Origin: an uncultured Thermoanaerobaculia bacterium
GTDB taxonomy: Bacteria; Acidobacteriota; Thermoanaerobaculia; Multivoradales; Multivoraceae
Assembly: GCA_951813015.1 (NCBI GenBank)
Contig: CATOTG010000011.1
Coordinates: 129,889 to 193,888 of the forward strand
Length of the DNA stretch: 64,000 nt
Reading direction: 5' to 3'
Made by a program: the position numbers and the translations under genes. Under the pieces are notes generated by a model. It had not been told where the DNA came from. It worked only from the letters and a program-made list of their open reading frames with translations, and searched no databases. Of this stretch, positions 1-10,115 are shown in pieces (position 1 is the stretch's first letter; the number at the start of each line of letters is the position of its first letter).

Positions 1-1005
1 CTACCGGCGGTCGCCCATCACGAGGCCGCCCAGACCTCCGAGCACCGAGCCCTCGCCCTTGCTCTTGCCGCCGCCCTGGGCCGCGGCCGCGAACACCCGA
101 CTCGCCAGGCGGCTGAACGGGAGCGACTGGATCCACACCTTGCCTGGTCCGGTCAGGCTGGCGAAGAACAGCCCCTCGCCGCCGAACAGCGCAGTCTTGA
201 CCCCGCTGACCATCTGAATGTCGTAGTCGATCTGGTTCTCGAAAGCCACCAGACAGCCGGTATCCAGCCGCAGCGTCTCGCCGGCCGCCAGATCCCGTTC
301 GACGACCGTGCCGCCGGCATGGACGAAGGCGAGCCCATCTCCCTCCAGCTTCTGCAGGATGAACCCCTCGCCGCCGAACAGCCCGGCGCCCAGCTTGCGC
401 TGGAACGCGATACCGACCGACACGCCCTTGGCGGCGCACAGGAACGCGTCCTTCTGGCAGAGGATCCGGTTGTGGTGAGAAGAGAGATCGAGCGGGATGA
501 TGCGGCCCGGGTAGGGAGACGCAAAGGCCACGTTGCGGCGACCCCCGCCGCTGTTTCCGAACACGGTCATGAACAGCGACTCGCCCGTCAGCACCCGCTT
601 GCCGGCGGAGAGCAGCTTGTCCATGAAGCCGCCACCCCCACGTTCGGAGCCGTCGCCGAAGATCGTGTTCATCTCGATGCCGGGATCCATGTACATGAAC
701 GAGCCGGCCTCCGCGACGCAGGCCTCGCCGGGATCGAGGGTGATCTCGACGAACTGCATCTCCTCGCCCACGATCACGTAGTCGATCTCGTCCGCCACGC
801 CCCCGGGCGGCCGCGGGATCGAACTCCCGAAGGCGGAAGCGAACCGGGGCTCGCTGACCACGGGGGCCCAGTTGCCCAGGCCTTCCCGATACACGTGCGC
901 GCTGCGGGATACGGCGCCGGCACGGATCTTCTCCGCGATCTCGTCGGCCAGAAACGGCCCCTCCTGCTTGCCGGAGGTGGCCAGGTACCAGATACGGTCG
1001 CTCAT
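1..1005 (-). CDS. TIGR00266/DUF124 (AIM24-like) family protein with N-terminal GYF-like DUF4339 domain
   Basis: ORF 1..1104, minus. The internal ATG at 1005 gives [18 protein letters not shown]... (GYF-like N-terminus) followed by the DUF124 body. The stop codon (cta on the plus strand) sits at 1-3. GGAG lies 12 nt upstream of the ATG. Confidence 0.6.
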   Translation of the reverse strand: MSDRIWYLATSGKQEGPFLADEIAEKIRAGAVSRSAHVYREGLGNWAPVVSEPRFASAFGSSIPRPPGGVADEIDYVIVGEEMQFVEITLDPGEACVAEAGSFMYMDPGIEMNTIFGDGSERGGGGFMDKLLSAGKRVLTGESLFMTVFGNSGGGRRNVAFASPYPGRIIPLDLSSHHNRILCQKDAFLCAAKGVSVGIAFQRKLGAGLFGGEGFILQKLEGDGLAFVHAGGTVVERDLAAGETLRLDTGCLVAFENQIDYDIQMVSGVKTALFGGEGLFFASLTGPGKVWIQSLPFSRLASRVFAAAAQGGGKSKGEGSVLGGLGGLVMGDRR

Positions 1006-1052
1006 TCGTTTCAACTCCGTGGTGGGCGGCGCCCGGGTTCGCGGATGACCGC

Positions 1053-1886
1053 CTATCGTGGGGCGTCGGGATCGTAGCCCACGATCCGTACCTCGAACAC
1101 CCACGGCCAGTACTTCCCGGTCAGCAGGAACGTTCCCGGGCCGGGCCGGTAGGCGATGCCGTTCAGGACATCGGCCGCAGCCGCCTCTTCCTCCGTCAAC
1201 AGACCCGAGGCGTCGACGATGGCGGTCACCGTGCCAGTGGTCAGTTCGATCACGGCGATCTCGTCGCTGCCATAGAGGTTCGCGAAGAGGAGGTCACCGA
1301 CCAGCTCCAGCTCGTTCAGATCGGGGAGCGGCATGCCCTGGTTCGTCACCCGCAGCCGCCGGTGAACGTCAAGCGTAAGCGGATCACGGAAAGTCAGGAC
1401 CGGCGTGCCGTCACTCATGATCAGGTCGGAACCGTCGTACGCCAGGCCCCAGCCCTCCCCCTCGTACCGAACACGCCGCCGCTGCCGCAGCGGGTCGAGC
1501 GACCAGACCAGAGCCTCGCCCCGCCGCCAGGTGAGTTGAACCAACCGCTCCTCGACACCCGGCAGGATGGCGATGCCCTCTCCGAACAGTCGCCGGTCCA
1601 GGTCCACCCGCGCCAGTTGCTCGCCGTCGCTCCAGCGCCACGCCCGCATGCTGGAAGAGCCGTACGACCCGGTGCTCTCATAGACCACTCCCTCACGCCA
1701 GAGCAGACCCTGCGTGTAGGCCTCGAGATCGTGCGGACGCCGGTCCAGGACTTCGACGCGCCACAGCTCGGGCGGCCGCGAAGGCTGCGCGCCGGTCCCC
1801 TCCGGCATCGAACTGCCGGACCCGGCAGGCGAACACCCAACCGCCCAGGAGAAGCTCAGGGCCAGAGCCAGACAGCCATCCCGCAT
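1053..1886 (-). CDS. glutaminyl-peptide cyclotransferase (glutamine cyclotransferase family), probable lipoprotein
   Basis: C-terminal 277 aa of ORF 1053..2459. The start is taken at the ATG at 1886, giving [19 protein letters not shown] (signal peptide with lipobox). The body shows beta-propeller glutamine-cyclotransferase-like sequence ([20 protein letters not shown]...). Upstream ORF sequence is low-complexity read-through. Confidence 0.6.
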   Translation of the reverse strand: MRDGCLALALSFSWAVGCSPAGSGSSMPEGTGAQPSRPPELWRVEVLDRRPHDLEAYTQGLLWREGVVYESTGSYGSSSMRAWRWSDGEQLARVDLDRRLFGEGIAILPGVEERLVQLTWRRGEALVWSLDPLRQRRRVRYEGEGWGLAYDGSDLIMSDGTPVLTFRDPLTLDVHRRLRVTNQGMPLPDLNELELVGDLLFANLYGSDEIAVIELTTGTVTAIVDASGLLTEEEAAAADVLNGIAYRPGPGTFLLTGKYWPWVFEVRIVGYDPDAPR

Positions 1887-2022
1887 CCGGGCCACGCTAG
1901 CAGTCGCGGCTGCCTCCTTGGCCCTTAGCCCTTGACCGTTCCTCGTGCCGGCAAACGTGCTGTGCGCGGATGCCACGTCGCGACCGCCTCCTGCGCCCCG
2001 CCCTTGACCGTTCCGCCACGGG

Positions 2023-3630
2023 TTGGAAGAGTGGCGCCCCGTGCACGCGTCCTTCCTTCGCAGGATCTCCCTGCTCGCCGTCGGCGCTCTGCTCGCGGCC
2101 GCCTGGTTCGCCTTCGCGCAGCCGGCCGCCGACACCTCGCTGACAAGTCCTCGGGAGACGATGCGCGTCTTCCTTGAAGCGTTCGCGACGGAAGGCGGCC
2201 GGCCGGATCTGGATGCCGCCGCGTCCTGCCTCGACCTCGGCGACCTTCCCTTCCCCGTCCGCGCGCGCCAGGGCCGGAACCTGGCGAACGAACTGAAGCA
2301 CGTGATCGACCGACTGGAGCTCGTGGAGTTCGACGCCATTCCGGACGACAGCGAGCTGGAACAGTGGGTGTTCAGCGACGAACTCTCGGCGCCCATCGTC
2401 CTGGCCCCCGACAGCGACGGCCGCTGGCTGTTCGATCGGTCGACCGTCGCCGCGATCACCGCCCTTTACCAGGAAACAAGCGAGCGTACGGTGGTCGAAG
2501 GCGTCGAGGAAGCACCGGTCACCGCGGCGCTCTGGCTCCGGGACCGAGTGCCCGAGTCGTTGCGCAGCGGCGGCTTCCTTCTCTACCCCTGGCAGTGGCT
2601 GGCGCTGCCGATCCTCCTCCTGCTCGGCCTCCTCATCGACCGGATCGTCGTCTGGATCTCTTACGGATTGCTCGCGAAGCCCCTGAGCGGACGCTACGAC
2701 AACCTTGACCTGCCGGGCGCCCGCCGCATTCTTCGCCCCACCGGACTGCTGGGCATGGCGGCCGCGTGGTGGCTCGGAATCCAGTGGCTCGGCCTGCCCC
2801 CGCAGGTCGACGTCTGGCTCGATACGACCCTCCTCGTTCTCCTGCTGCTGGCGCTGGGCCGGGCCGCCTTCGCCCAGATCGACCTCCTGGGGACGGCGCT
2901 GCGAGCCCGCGCCGCCAGGAGTGAGAACCGGTTCCAGGACCAGTTGGTTCCGTTCGTCACGAAGACCCTGAAGCTGGCTGTCGGCGTCTTCGGCGCCGTC
3001 TTTCTGATCGCCCGCCTGGGCGGGGATGTCACCGCGCTGCTCGCCGGCCTGGGCCTGAGCGGATTGGCGGTGGCGCTCGCGGCACAGGACCTGCTGAAGA
3101 ACCTCTTCGGTTCGATCACGGTGCTGCTGGACCGCCCCTTCCGGGTCGGCGACTGGATCAAGATCGGCGACGTGGAGGGTGTGGTCGAAGAGGTCGGCTT
3201 CCGGAGTACCAGGGTCCGCACCTTCTACGCCTCCCTGATCACCCTGCCCAACGCCCGCCTGATCGACGCCTCGGTCGACAACTACGGCGCCCGACAGTTC
3301 CGCCGCTGGAGCACCCGCATCGAGGTCACGTACGACACGCCGCCGGCCAGCGTCGATGCGTTCTGCGAAGGCATCCGGCAGCTCGTGCGCGACAACGAGT
3401 CGATGCGGAAGGACGCGTTCGAGATCCACCTGAACGAGTTCGGTCCCCACGCGCTCGAGATCATGGTCTACGTCTTCTTTCTCGCGCCGGACTGGAGCAC
3501 CGAGTTGCGCCTCCGCCACAGCCTGGCGCTGGACATTCTGCGCCTCGCCGACCGTCTGGGTGTCCGGATCGCCTTCCCCACGCAGACGATTCAGTTGGAA
3601 CCATCGTCCGGCGAGACGCCGGAAGCCTGA
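2023..3630 (+). CDS. mechanosensitive ion channel, MscS family
   Basis: MscS pore and beta domain: LAAQDLLKNLFGSITVLLDRPFRVGDWIKIGDVEGVVEEVGFRSTRVRT. N-terminal signal-like stretch and multiple TM helices. TTG start at 2023 in the ORF track; the start is uncertain. Confidence 0.8.
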   Translation: MEEWRPVHASFLRRISLLAVGALLAAAWFAFAQPAADTSLTSPRETMRVFLEAFATEGGRPDLDAAASCLDLGDLPFPVRARQGRNLANELKHVIDRLELVEFDAIPDDSELEQWVFSDELSAPIVLAPDSDGRWLFDRSTVAAITALYQETSERTVVEGVEEAPVTAALWLRDRVPESLRSGGFLLYPWQWLALPILLLLGLLIDRIVVWISYGLLAKPLSGRYDNLDLPGARRILRPTGLLGMAAAWWLGIQWLGLPPQVDVWLDTTLLVLLLLALGRAAFAQIDLLGTALRARAARSENRFQDQLVPFVTKTLKLAVGVFGAVFLIARLGGDVTALLAGLGLSGLAVALAAQDLLKNLFGSITVLLDRPFRVGDWIKIGDVEGVVEEVGFRSTRVRTFYASLITLPNARLIDASVDNYGARQFRRWSTRIEVTYDTPPASVDAFCEGIRQLVRDNESMRKDAFEIHLNEFGPHALEIMVYVFFLAPDWSTELRLRHSLALDILRLADRLGVRIAFPTQTIQLEPSSGETPEA

Positions 3631-6600
3631 CCGGCCGGCAGGACGATCCGTACGGACAGTCCCCCACCCGGCCTCCTGGAGGCTGCAATCGTGCCGCCGT
3701 GTTCCTCCACGATGCGCCGCGCGATCGGGAGGCCCAAACCCGTGCCGCCACTCGAAGTCGAAAAGTAGGGCTCGAAAATGCGTTCCAGGTCGGGATCCGG
3801 GACGCCCGGCCCCCTGTCGTCGACGGTCACGGCCAGGGCGCCGTCGTCGCCGACCGGCGCCACGGCGACACGGACCTCGCCGCCCCCCTCGCTCGCGCCG
3901 AGGGCGTTCTCCAGCAGGTTGCGGACGGCTCGCTGCACCAGGCGCCGGTCGAAGGCTGTCGGCGCCGCCCCCTCGTCCGATTCCGACTGGAACACGACGT
4001 CGACACCGTCCGGGGGCGGACGCCGGTAGCCGTCGACGACTTCCAGGACCGCGGCCGCCAGGTTCCCCGGCGCCGGCTGGGCCAGCGGAATCCTGCTGTA
4101 GGTCGAAAACTCACTCGCCGTGCGGGCCAGTTCGTCGACCTGCACGAGGATGTTGTCCGTGCAGCGCTCGAAGACTTCCTCCAGCCGCTCCGGGGCATCC
4201 CGCCACACCTGCCGCAGATGCTCGGTCGAGAGGCGAATCGGGGTCAGAGGGTTCTTCACTTCGTGGGCGATCAGCCGCGCCATCTCGGCCCAGGCCTCGA
4301 GTCGTTGCGCCTCCTCTTCCCGGGCCCGGTTCGAAGCGATGCGGGCCGCCATGCCGTCAATCGCGGCGCCCAGCGTCTTGAGTTCCGTCTCCTGCGGCTC
4401 GAAGCCGAGCGAGGATGCGCCGCCGGCAATTCGGCCTGCGCCATCGATCATTTGCATCAGCGGCCTGGTGAAGCCCCGGGCGAGACGGGCGCCGACGGTG
4501 ACGAGCAACAGGACCAGGGCCATCGTGATGACCAAGGCCTGCCGCCTCAGGGCGGCGAGTTCCCGGGTGGCCGCTTCCTGCTGCGCCAGCAGCGGTACCG
4601 ACACGAAGAGTCCCGATTCCCCCGGGCGCTCTTCTCCCAGGGAGACGGGCGTGTACAACTCCAGGTAGGAGGCGCCCCGACCGGCGGTCTGGACGCGGGC
4701 GGCTGTCGGGTGCCCCAACAGGGCCAGTCTGCTGTAGACGTTGCCGGGAATGCGCTTGGGCATCAGCCCGGCGGTAAAGAGGTCCGGCTTGCTCGACGCG
4801 TAGACGCTGCCTCGCCAGTACAGGTTCACTTCGTGCCCCACGACCTCGGCGAGCCAGGCCAGGAGTTCGTCGTCCAGTTGGGCGTCCATCGAGAACCCCG
4901 ACTCCAGGCCGAGGAGAAAGTCCGTCAGGACGTACTCGAGCGACACCAGGGCAGTGCGACCGGCCACTTCCTGCTCCGCCTGGATCCGGGCCCCCAGGTT
5001 GCGGAAGAGCAACACGTTGAGCAGCGTCAGCGGCACGATCGCAATCAGGGCCAGCACGGCCGTGAGCCGAACCGAGTAGCGACGGACGTCGGGCAGAAGG
5101 GTCTCCCGCAACGTCGCCGCCGGCAGGCTGATCACGAGAACCGCGAGGGCCGCCGCGGAACCAGCCAGCACGAGCCGCGCAGCGACCGTGGCGATCCGCC
5201 ACAGGCTCTCCGCCACGGACTGCTCGGGCAGCAGCGCGACAACCCATAGCCCTTCGAGGCCGGTGGGCCTGAACCAGGCCAGGGCGGGTCCCGCCGGTGT
5301 CTCCACCCGGCGGGTCCGACTCGGATCCACGGCTTCGGAGGGCGCCGGCAACAGCCAGTCCTCCTGCCACCGCGATACGAGCGGTCGGCCTGCACCGTCG
5401 ACCCAGGCGAGGAGCGCCTGCGCCGGCGGACTGGCGCCGCTCCGGCCCGGGCCACCCCGGAGCAGACGCAACTCGAGTTCGGCGCCAGCTCCCGAGCCGA
5501 CGCCGCCCCAGACGTCGAGGCGCGGGAACGCTTCCGTCCAGAAGCGAACCGAGCCCCAGCCCTGTCCCGCGGAAGTAACCGTGACCTCATCCGACGCGCT
5601 GCGCCGCTGCTGCCAGACTGGCAGCTCGCTTCGCGGCCAACGGGCGCTGTCGACCGCCAGGTCCCCGGTCGCGGTCTCGACCGGCAGGCCGTACGAGAAG
5701 GTCGACGAAACCCCGTCCTCCCGAATCACGACGAGGGCCGAGAACAGCTCGGAAACGGCGAGAGGCGACCGGCGCCAGAGCTCCAGCGCCAGGTCCTGGT
5801 GATCGTCGAGTTCGTTCGGGTCGCCGAGAGCCAGTTCCCTCAGGTCGCTCGATGCGAGGAAGGAACGCGTCGCCTCGGCCAGCGATGCGACGTCCTCGGG
5901 CGCGGGAGCGTCGAGACCGCCTCGAGCGCTCTCCAGGAGCAGCGCACGGACCGCGGGCCGATGAGTGATCTCGGCAAGCAGGCCCACGCCCAGGGCCGCC
6001 GCGGTGGCGATCAGCAGAAGATGCATCCAGTCCCGGCCATCCCGCCAACCGGTGACCCACAGCGCGGTTCCGGCGAGCAGGACCCAGGCCGCCAGCAGGA
6101 CCGCCCAGTGACCGATCGGCCCTCCGAACGAACCTCCGGGATCGACCGGCGCCCCCGCCGCGTCCGCAGCCCCGATCTGCCAGCGATAGAGGCCGTAGCC
6201 CACTGCCGACGCGACTCCCGCCAGGCCGACGGCCGCCGCGGCGCGCCCGGGCCGCTTCCGGGTACCACCGCTCCAACGGCGAAAGACCCAGGCCAGCGAC
6301 AGACCAGCCCCCAGGCTGACGGCCGCCAGCGCGAGCCAGCCCGCTAGTCCTCGTTGCCGCTGCGACGCCGGTTCGAATCGGAGCCTCAGCCACGGCGCCG
6401 GAACGCCCTCCGGGGGAGCGAGTTCCCGAATCCCGATTGCCTCCAGGGCCGGCGCCATGGGCTCCGCCGAGTAGTCCCGAACGGACCACCGGACACCGTA
6501 ACGCCGCAGTCCGAACGGCGTCGGGATCGGCAACGCGTCGGTCGGAAAGCTGTTGCCGACGACCAGTCTCCATCCGCCCTCGCCCGTGCTCATGTCGACG

Positions 6601-7049
6601 GCCGCGTAGAGCGAGACTGCGGTGAAGCCGGCCGTCTGGTTGACGCCGCCGGGAAGCAGGCGATCGAGAGGCAGATCGTGCCTCAGCCCTGAGCCGCCCC
6701 AGGCCTGCGCCAGGCCGTCAGGATCAACCAGCACGAGAGTGCGGTCGCCCTCGTGACTTGCCCGATCCAGCTCCTCGAAGACCCTTTGCCTGGACAATGC
6801 CGATTCGAGCGGGAGCGTCCCGGTCCGGCGGACGCCGTCGGCCGCCCGTTCAGCGCCCGCGAGCAGATCCAGGAGCAGATCCTGGTACCCAGCCTCCATC
6901 GCGGCCATCTGCCGTTGACTCGGAAGCGGTGATCCGTCGGCCCGCGGCCAACGCTCGACCGCCAGCAGAATCGCGGCCAGAACGAACAGGCCGACGATCA
7001 CGCGAAGCTCGACCGTCCCCCGGCCGCGCTCCGCCCCGGCGGTCGTCAT
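3591..7049 (-). CDS. large multi-TM sensor histidine kinase (HisKA + HATPase_c)
   Basis: H-box AHEVKNPLTPI. N/G boxes: RNLLENALGAS...DDRGPGVP...GGTGLGLPIARRIVEEHGG. About 700 aa of periplasmic/TM sensor region lies upstream. The ATG overlaps the cmk stop (ATGA). No response regulator is adjacent. Confidence 0.8.
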   Translation of the reverse strand: MTTAGAERGRGTVELRVIVGLFVLAAILLAVERWPRADGSPLPSQRQMAAMEAGYQDLLLDLLAGAERAADGVRRTGTLPLESALSRQRVFEELDRASHEGDRTLVLVDPDGLAQAWGGSGLRHDLPLDRLLPGGVNQTAGFTAVSLYAAVDMSTGEGGWRLVVGNSFPTDALPIPTPFGLRRYGVRWSVRDYSAEPMAPALEAIGIRELAPPEGVPAPWLRLRFEPASQRQRGLAGWLALAAVSLGAGLSLAWVFRRWSGGTRKRPGRAAAAVGLAGVASAVGYGLYRWQIGAADAAGAPVDPGGSFGGPIGHWAVLLAAWVLLAGTALWVTGWRDGRDWMHLLLIATAAALGVGLLAEITHRPAVRALLLESARGGLDAPAPEDVASLAEATRSFLASSDLRELALGDPNELDDHQDLALELWRRSPLAVSELFSALVVIREDGVSSTFSYGLPVETATGDLAVDSARWPRSELPVWQQRRSASDEVTVTSAGQGWGSVRFWTEAFPRLDVWGGVGSGAGAELELRLLRGGPGRSGASPPAQALLAWVDGAGRPLVSRWQEDWLLPAPSEAVDPSRTRRVETPAGPALAWFRPTGLEGLWVVALLPEQSVAESLWRIATVAARLVLAGSAAALAVLVISLPAATLRETLLPDVRRYSVRLTAVLALIAIVPLTLLNVLLFRNLGARIQAEQEVAGRTALVSLEYVLTDFLLGLESGFSMDAQLDDELLAWLAEVVGHEVNLYWRGSVYASSKPDLFTAGLMPKRIPGNVYSRLALLGHPTAARVQTAGRGASYLELYTPVSLGEERPGESGLFVSVPLLAQQEAATRELAALRRQALVITMALVLLLVTVGARLARGFTRPLMQMIDGAGRIAGGASSLGFEPQETELKTLGAAIDGMAARIASNRAREEEAQRLEAWAEMARLIAHEVKNPLTPIRLSTEHLRQVWRDAPERLEEVFERCTDNILVQVDELARTASEFSTYSRIPLAQPAPGNLAAAVLEVVDGYRRPPPDGVDVVFQSESDEGAAPTAFDRRLVQRAVRNLLENALGASEGGGEVRVAVAPVGDDGALAVTVDDRGPGVPDPDLERIFEPYFSTSSGGTGLGLPIARRIVEEHGGTIAASRRPGGGLSVRIVLPAGQASGVSPDDGSN

Positions 7050-7720
7050 CGTTCAGCCGCTGCAACCGCCGCGCGGACCGACGCGAGAATCCGGGCCGCG
7101 ATCTGATCGGCCGCTCCGGTCGAGGTGTCGATCGTCTCGTAGCTCGCATCGTGCCGCAACGGCGAGGCGCTGCGCTGGCGGTCGCGCTCGTCCCGGGCCT
7201 GAATCTGCCGCCTCAGGCGCTCGCGGTCGTCGGCATCCGGGCCGCCCAGCTGCCGCAGGCGCCGTTCGGTCCGGACTTCAAGCGGCGCGTCAAGATAGAA
7301 CTTGTACCTCGTGCGAGGAAACACGACCGTGCCGATATCGCGACCCTCGACCACCGCGCCCTTTCTGGCCGCGAACTCCCGCTGCCTCGCCACCAGCCAG
7401 GAACGCACCCGGGGGTGAACCGCGACCCGGGAGGTCGCCGCGTCGACTTGGGGGGTGCGAAGCGACGCTCCGGGAGCGAAGCCGTCGACAACCACGTCCG
7501 CTTCAGCCTCCCGAATGCGCAACTCGAACCTGATCCTGCCGATCAACTCCTCCATGGCCGACTCGTCGGCCGGATCCAGACCGTCCTCCAACGCCTTCCA
7601 CGCGACGGCCCGGTACATGGCGCCCGTGTCGAGATAGGGAACGCCAAGTTCCGCCGCAACCCTGCGGGCCACGGTGCTCTTTCCGACACCGGCCGGGCCG
7701 TCGATGGCGATGACCGTCAC
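7046..7720 (-). CDS. cmk: cytidylate kinase
   Basis: P-loop VIAIDGPAGVGKSTVARRVA. 224 aa from a GTG at 7720. GTGA overlap with the rluB stop. The upstream part of ORF 7046..8227 is read-through. Confidence 0.85.
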   Translation of the reverse strand: MTVIAIDGPAGVGKSTVARRVAAELGVPYLDTGAMYRAVAWKALEDGLDPADESAMEELIGRIRFELRIREAEADVVVDGFAPGASLRTPQVDAATSRVAVHPRVRSWLVARQREFAARKGAVVEGRDIGTVVFPRTRYKFYLDAPLEVRTERRLRQLGGPDADDRERLRRQIQARDERDRQRSASPLRHDASYETIDTSTGAADQIAARILASVRAAVAAAER

Positions 7721-8529
7721 CGGCGCCGCGGTCCCCGCCGCCGGCCACTGGAACGCGGTCGCGAGCCCGGCCCCGAACCGGCCCGCAGGGTCGCCACCTC
7801 GCCCGACGAGAGTTCGCGCCAGCTCCCGGGCCGCAACCCGCCATCCTCGAGACGGCCGATCGCGACTCGTCGCAGTCGCTGCACCGGGTGCCCGACCCGG
7901 AAGAACATCTCCCTGATCTGTCTGGTCTTGCCTTCGCGCAGCTCCATCGACCACCAGCTCGACGACCGCGCGGTCCTGCCGCCCCTGCGGGTTCGCACCG
8001 GACGCGGCGTCACCGGCCTGGTTCGCCGACCGCCGATGAACATGCCCCGTCCGAGTCGCTCGAGCGCCGCCTTGCCGGGGAAGCCCCGCACCTTGACGAG
8101 ATAACGCTTGGAGCAGCCGAAGCGGGGATGGGTCAGCCGGTTCGCGAGATCGCCGTCGTCGGTGAAGAGCAGCAGGCCCTCGGTGCGGTAGTCCAGTCGC
8201 CCCACGGGCTTGAGCCGTCCGCGCCATCTCTCGGGGAGAAGGTCCATCACCGTGGGCCGCCCTTCCGGGTCACTGCGGGTCGTCACGTGGCCGGCCGGCT
8301 TGTTGAGCAGAAGGTAGAGCGCCGCGGCAGTCTGCACGATCGGCTCGCCGTCGACGCACACCGTCGCCGTTGCCCTTCCCCGCTGCTCGACGCGGTCGCC
8401 CAGCACCGCGGTCCGATCGCCGATCGTGACCCGTCCGGCCCGGATCAACTCCTCGGACCCGCGCCGCGAGGCGATGCCGGCCCGGGAGAGGATCTTCTGC
8501 AGCCGCTCTCCTCGGGGCTCCTCAGCCAT
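7717..8529 (-). CDS. rluB: 23S rRNA pseudouridine synthase, RsuA/RluB family with S4 domain
   Basis: S4 domain (ERLQKILSRAGIASRR). Catalytic motif GRLDYRTEGLLLFTDDG. Confidence 0.85.
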   Translation of the reverse strand: MAEEPRGERLQKILSRAGIASRRGSEELIRAGRVTIGDRTAVLGDRVEQRGRATATVCVDGEPIVQTAAALYLLLNKPAGHVTTRSDPEGRPTVMDLLPERWRGRLKPVGRLDYRTEGLLLFTDDGDLANRLTHPRFGCSKRYLVKVRGFPGKAALERLGRGMFIGGRRTRPVTPRPVRTRRGGRTARSSSWWSMELREGKTRQIREMFFRVGHPVQRLRRVAIGRLEDGGLRPGSWRELSSGEVATLRAGSGPGSRPRSSGRRRGPRRR

Positions 8530-9139
8530 CGTCCGGTTCCACCGGCGCCAGGGCGATCGCGGCCTGGGTCGGTTCCTCCTCGGCCGCGGCCAGGAACGTC
8601 TCCTCGAACTCCTCGAGCGGCGGCAGCTCCGACAGCGAACGCAGACCGAAGTGCAACAGAAAGTCGCGCGTCGTGGCGTACAGAAACGGACTCCCGACCA
8701 CCTCCTTGCGGCCGGAGATGCGGATCAACCGGCGCTCGAGGAGGGTCTTCAACACGCCCGAGGAATTCCTGCCCCGCAGCTCCTGGATCTCCGGACTCGT
8801 GACCGGCTGTCGGTACGCCACGATCGCCAGGGTTTCGACCGCCGCGGTCGACAACCTGCTGCGGCCCGCCACCTCGAAGAACCGGCGAAGGTAGGGATGA
8901 AGGTCGGACCGGGTCACCAGGCGGTAACCGCCGCCGGCCCGGTCCAGGACGATGCCGCGGTCCGGCGATCCGCCCGTATCGTCTGGCCGGTAGCGGTCGA
9001 GAACCGCCTGAAGCGCCTCCATCGCGCGTTCCCGATCCTGTTCGGGGAACACCTCCAGGAGCTTCTCCTCCGGCTGAGGGTCGGGGCTGGCAAAGAGCAG
9101 CGCCTCGAACACCGCCTCCATCTCGGCCGCGTCGGTCAT
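8522..9139 (-). CDS. scpB: segregation and condensation protein B
   Basis: ScpB winged-helix repeats (AIVAYRQPVTSPEIQELRG). Overlaps the scpA stop (ATGA). Confidence 0.85.
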   Translation of the reverse strand: MTDAAEMEAVFEALLFASPDPQPEEKLLEVFPEQDRERAMEALQAVLDRYRPDDTGGSPDRGIVLDRAGGGYRLVTRSDLHPYLRRFFEVAGRSRLSTAAVETLAIVAYRQPVTSPEIQELRGRNSSGVLKTLLERRLIRISGRKEVVGSPFLYATTRDFLLHFGLRSLSELPPLEEFEETFLAAAEEEPTQAAIALAPVEPDDG

Positions 9140-9939
9140 CCGGCCAGATCCTCAAGCAAGATCGGATCCAGCGCGCGCGTCGTGCGGAACAGGAACACCG
9201 AGCCGCCGTCCGATGCGTGGAGGCGAACCAGATTGAGACGGGCCATCTCCAGCACGGCCAGGAAACACGCGATCGCTTCCGCCCGGCTCGACAGGGCGAA
9301 CAGATCGTCCTTCAGGTCGAGCGACCGGCCACCCTCGAAGCGGCCGAGGAGGCGCTCGACCTGGTCCCGGACGCCGAACGTCTCGCCCTGGTAGATCAAC
9401 GGACCGGGGTGCTCCTCGTCGTAGCGGGTGAGCACTCCCCGCAACACCTGGAGCAGGTCGAACAGCGAAAGATCGCCCAGGTCGAACTCCTCGTCCCCGT
9501 CATCTCCCAACGTTTCCGTGGCGCCGCGGATCCACAGCCCGTGGCGCAGGTCGTCGACCTCGGCCAGCGTCTGGGCGGCCTCCTTGAGCCGCTGGAACTC
9601 CAGCAGCCGTTCGATCAGTTCACGGCGCGGATCTTCCGGCTCCTCGCCGGGCGCGGGCTCGGGCTGCGGCAGCAACACCCTGGCCTTGAGTTGAATCAGG
9701 AGGGCCGCCTCGTAGATGTACTCGGCGGCGATGTCGAGGTCGAGACCGTCCATCAGGCCGAGGTACTCATGGAACTGATCGCAGATTGTGGCGACCGGGA
9801 TATCCGTGATCTCGATCTCGTTGATTCGGACCAGGTGAAGCAACAGATCGAGTGGACCCTCGAACTGCGGCAACTCGACCCGCCAGGAGGCCGGCAGCAG
9901 ACTGGTTGCCGCCCGGGCGCTGGCCGGTCCTGTACTCAT
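9136..9939 (-). CDS. scpA: segregation and condensation protein A
   Basis: Start at the ATG at 9939 (MSTGPASARAATSLLP...). ScpA motif LPQFEGPLDLLLHLVRINEIEI. Upstream ORF extension judged spurious. Confidence 0.85.
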   Translation of the reverse strand: MSTGPASARAATSLLPASWRVELPQFEGPLDLLLHLVRINEIEITDIPVATICDQFHEYLGLMDGLDLDIAAEYIYEAALLIQLKARVLLPQPEPAPGEEPEDPRRELIERLLEFQRLKEAAQTLAEVDDLRHGLWIRGATETLGDDGDEEFDLGDLSLFDLLQVLRGVLTRYDEEHPGPLIYQGETFGVRDQVERLLGRFEGGRSLDLKDDLFALSSRAEAIACFLAVLEMARLNLVRLHASDGGSVFLFRTTRALDPILLEDLAG

Positions 9940-10115
9940 CTGCGCGGATTCTTCCACACCGGCGACACCGATCCGGCGATTCCCTCCAGCGCCCCCCAGG
10001 ACCATTCCTTTAGTCCTGCGCTCCACTCCGGGCGCGGGCGGGAGGCATTCATTCCCGAGAATCGAGAGCCGTGCCGGCGCCGAGTGCCGATACCGGAGTG
10101 GTTTCCTCACATCGG

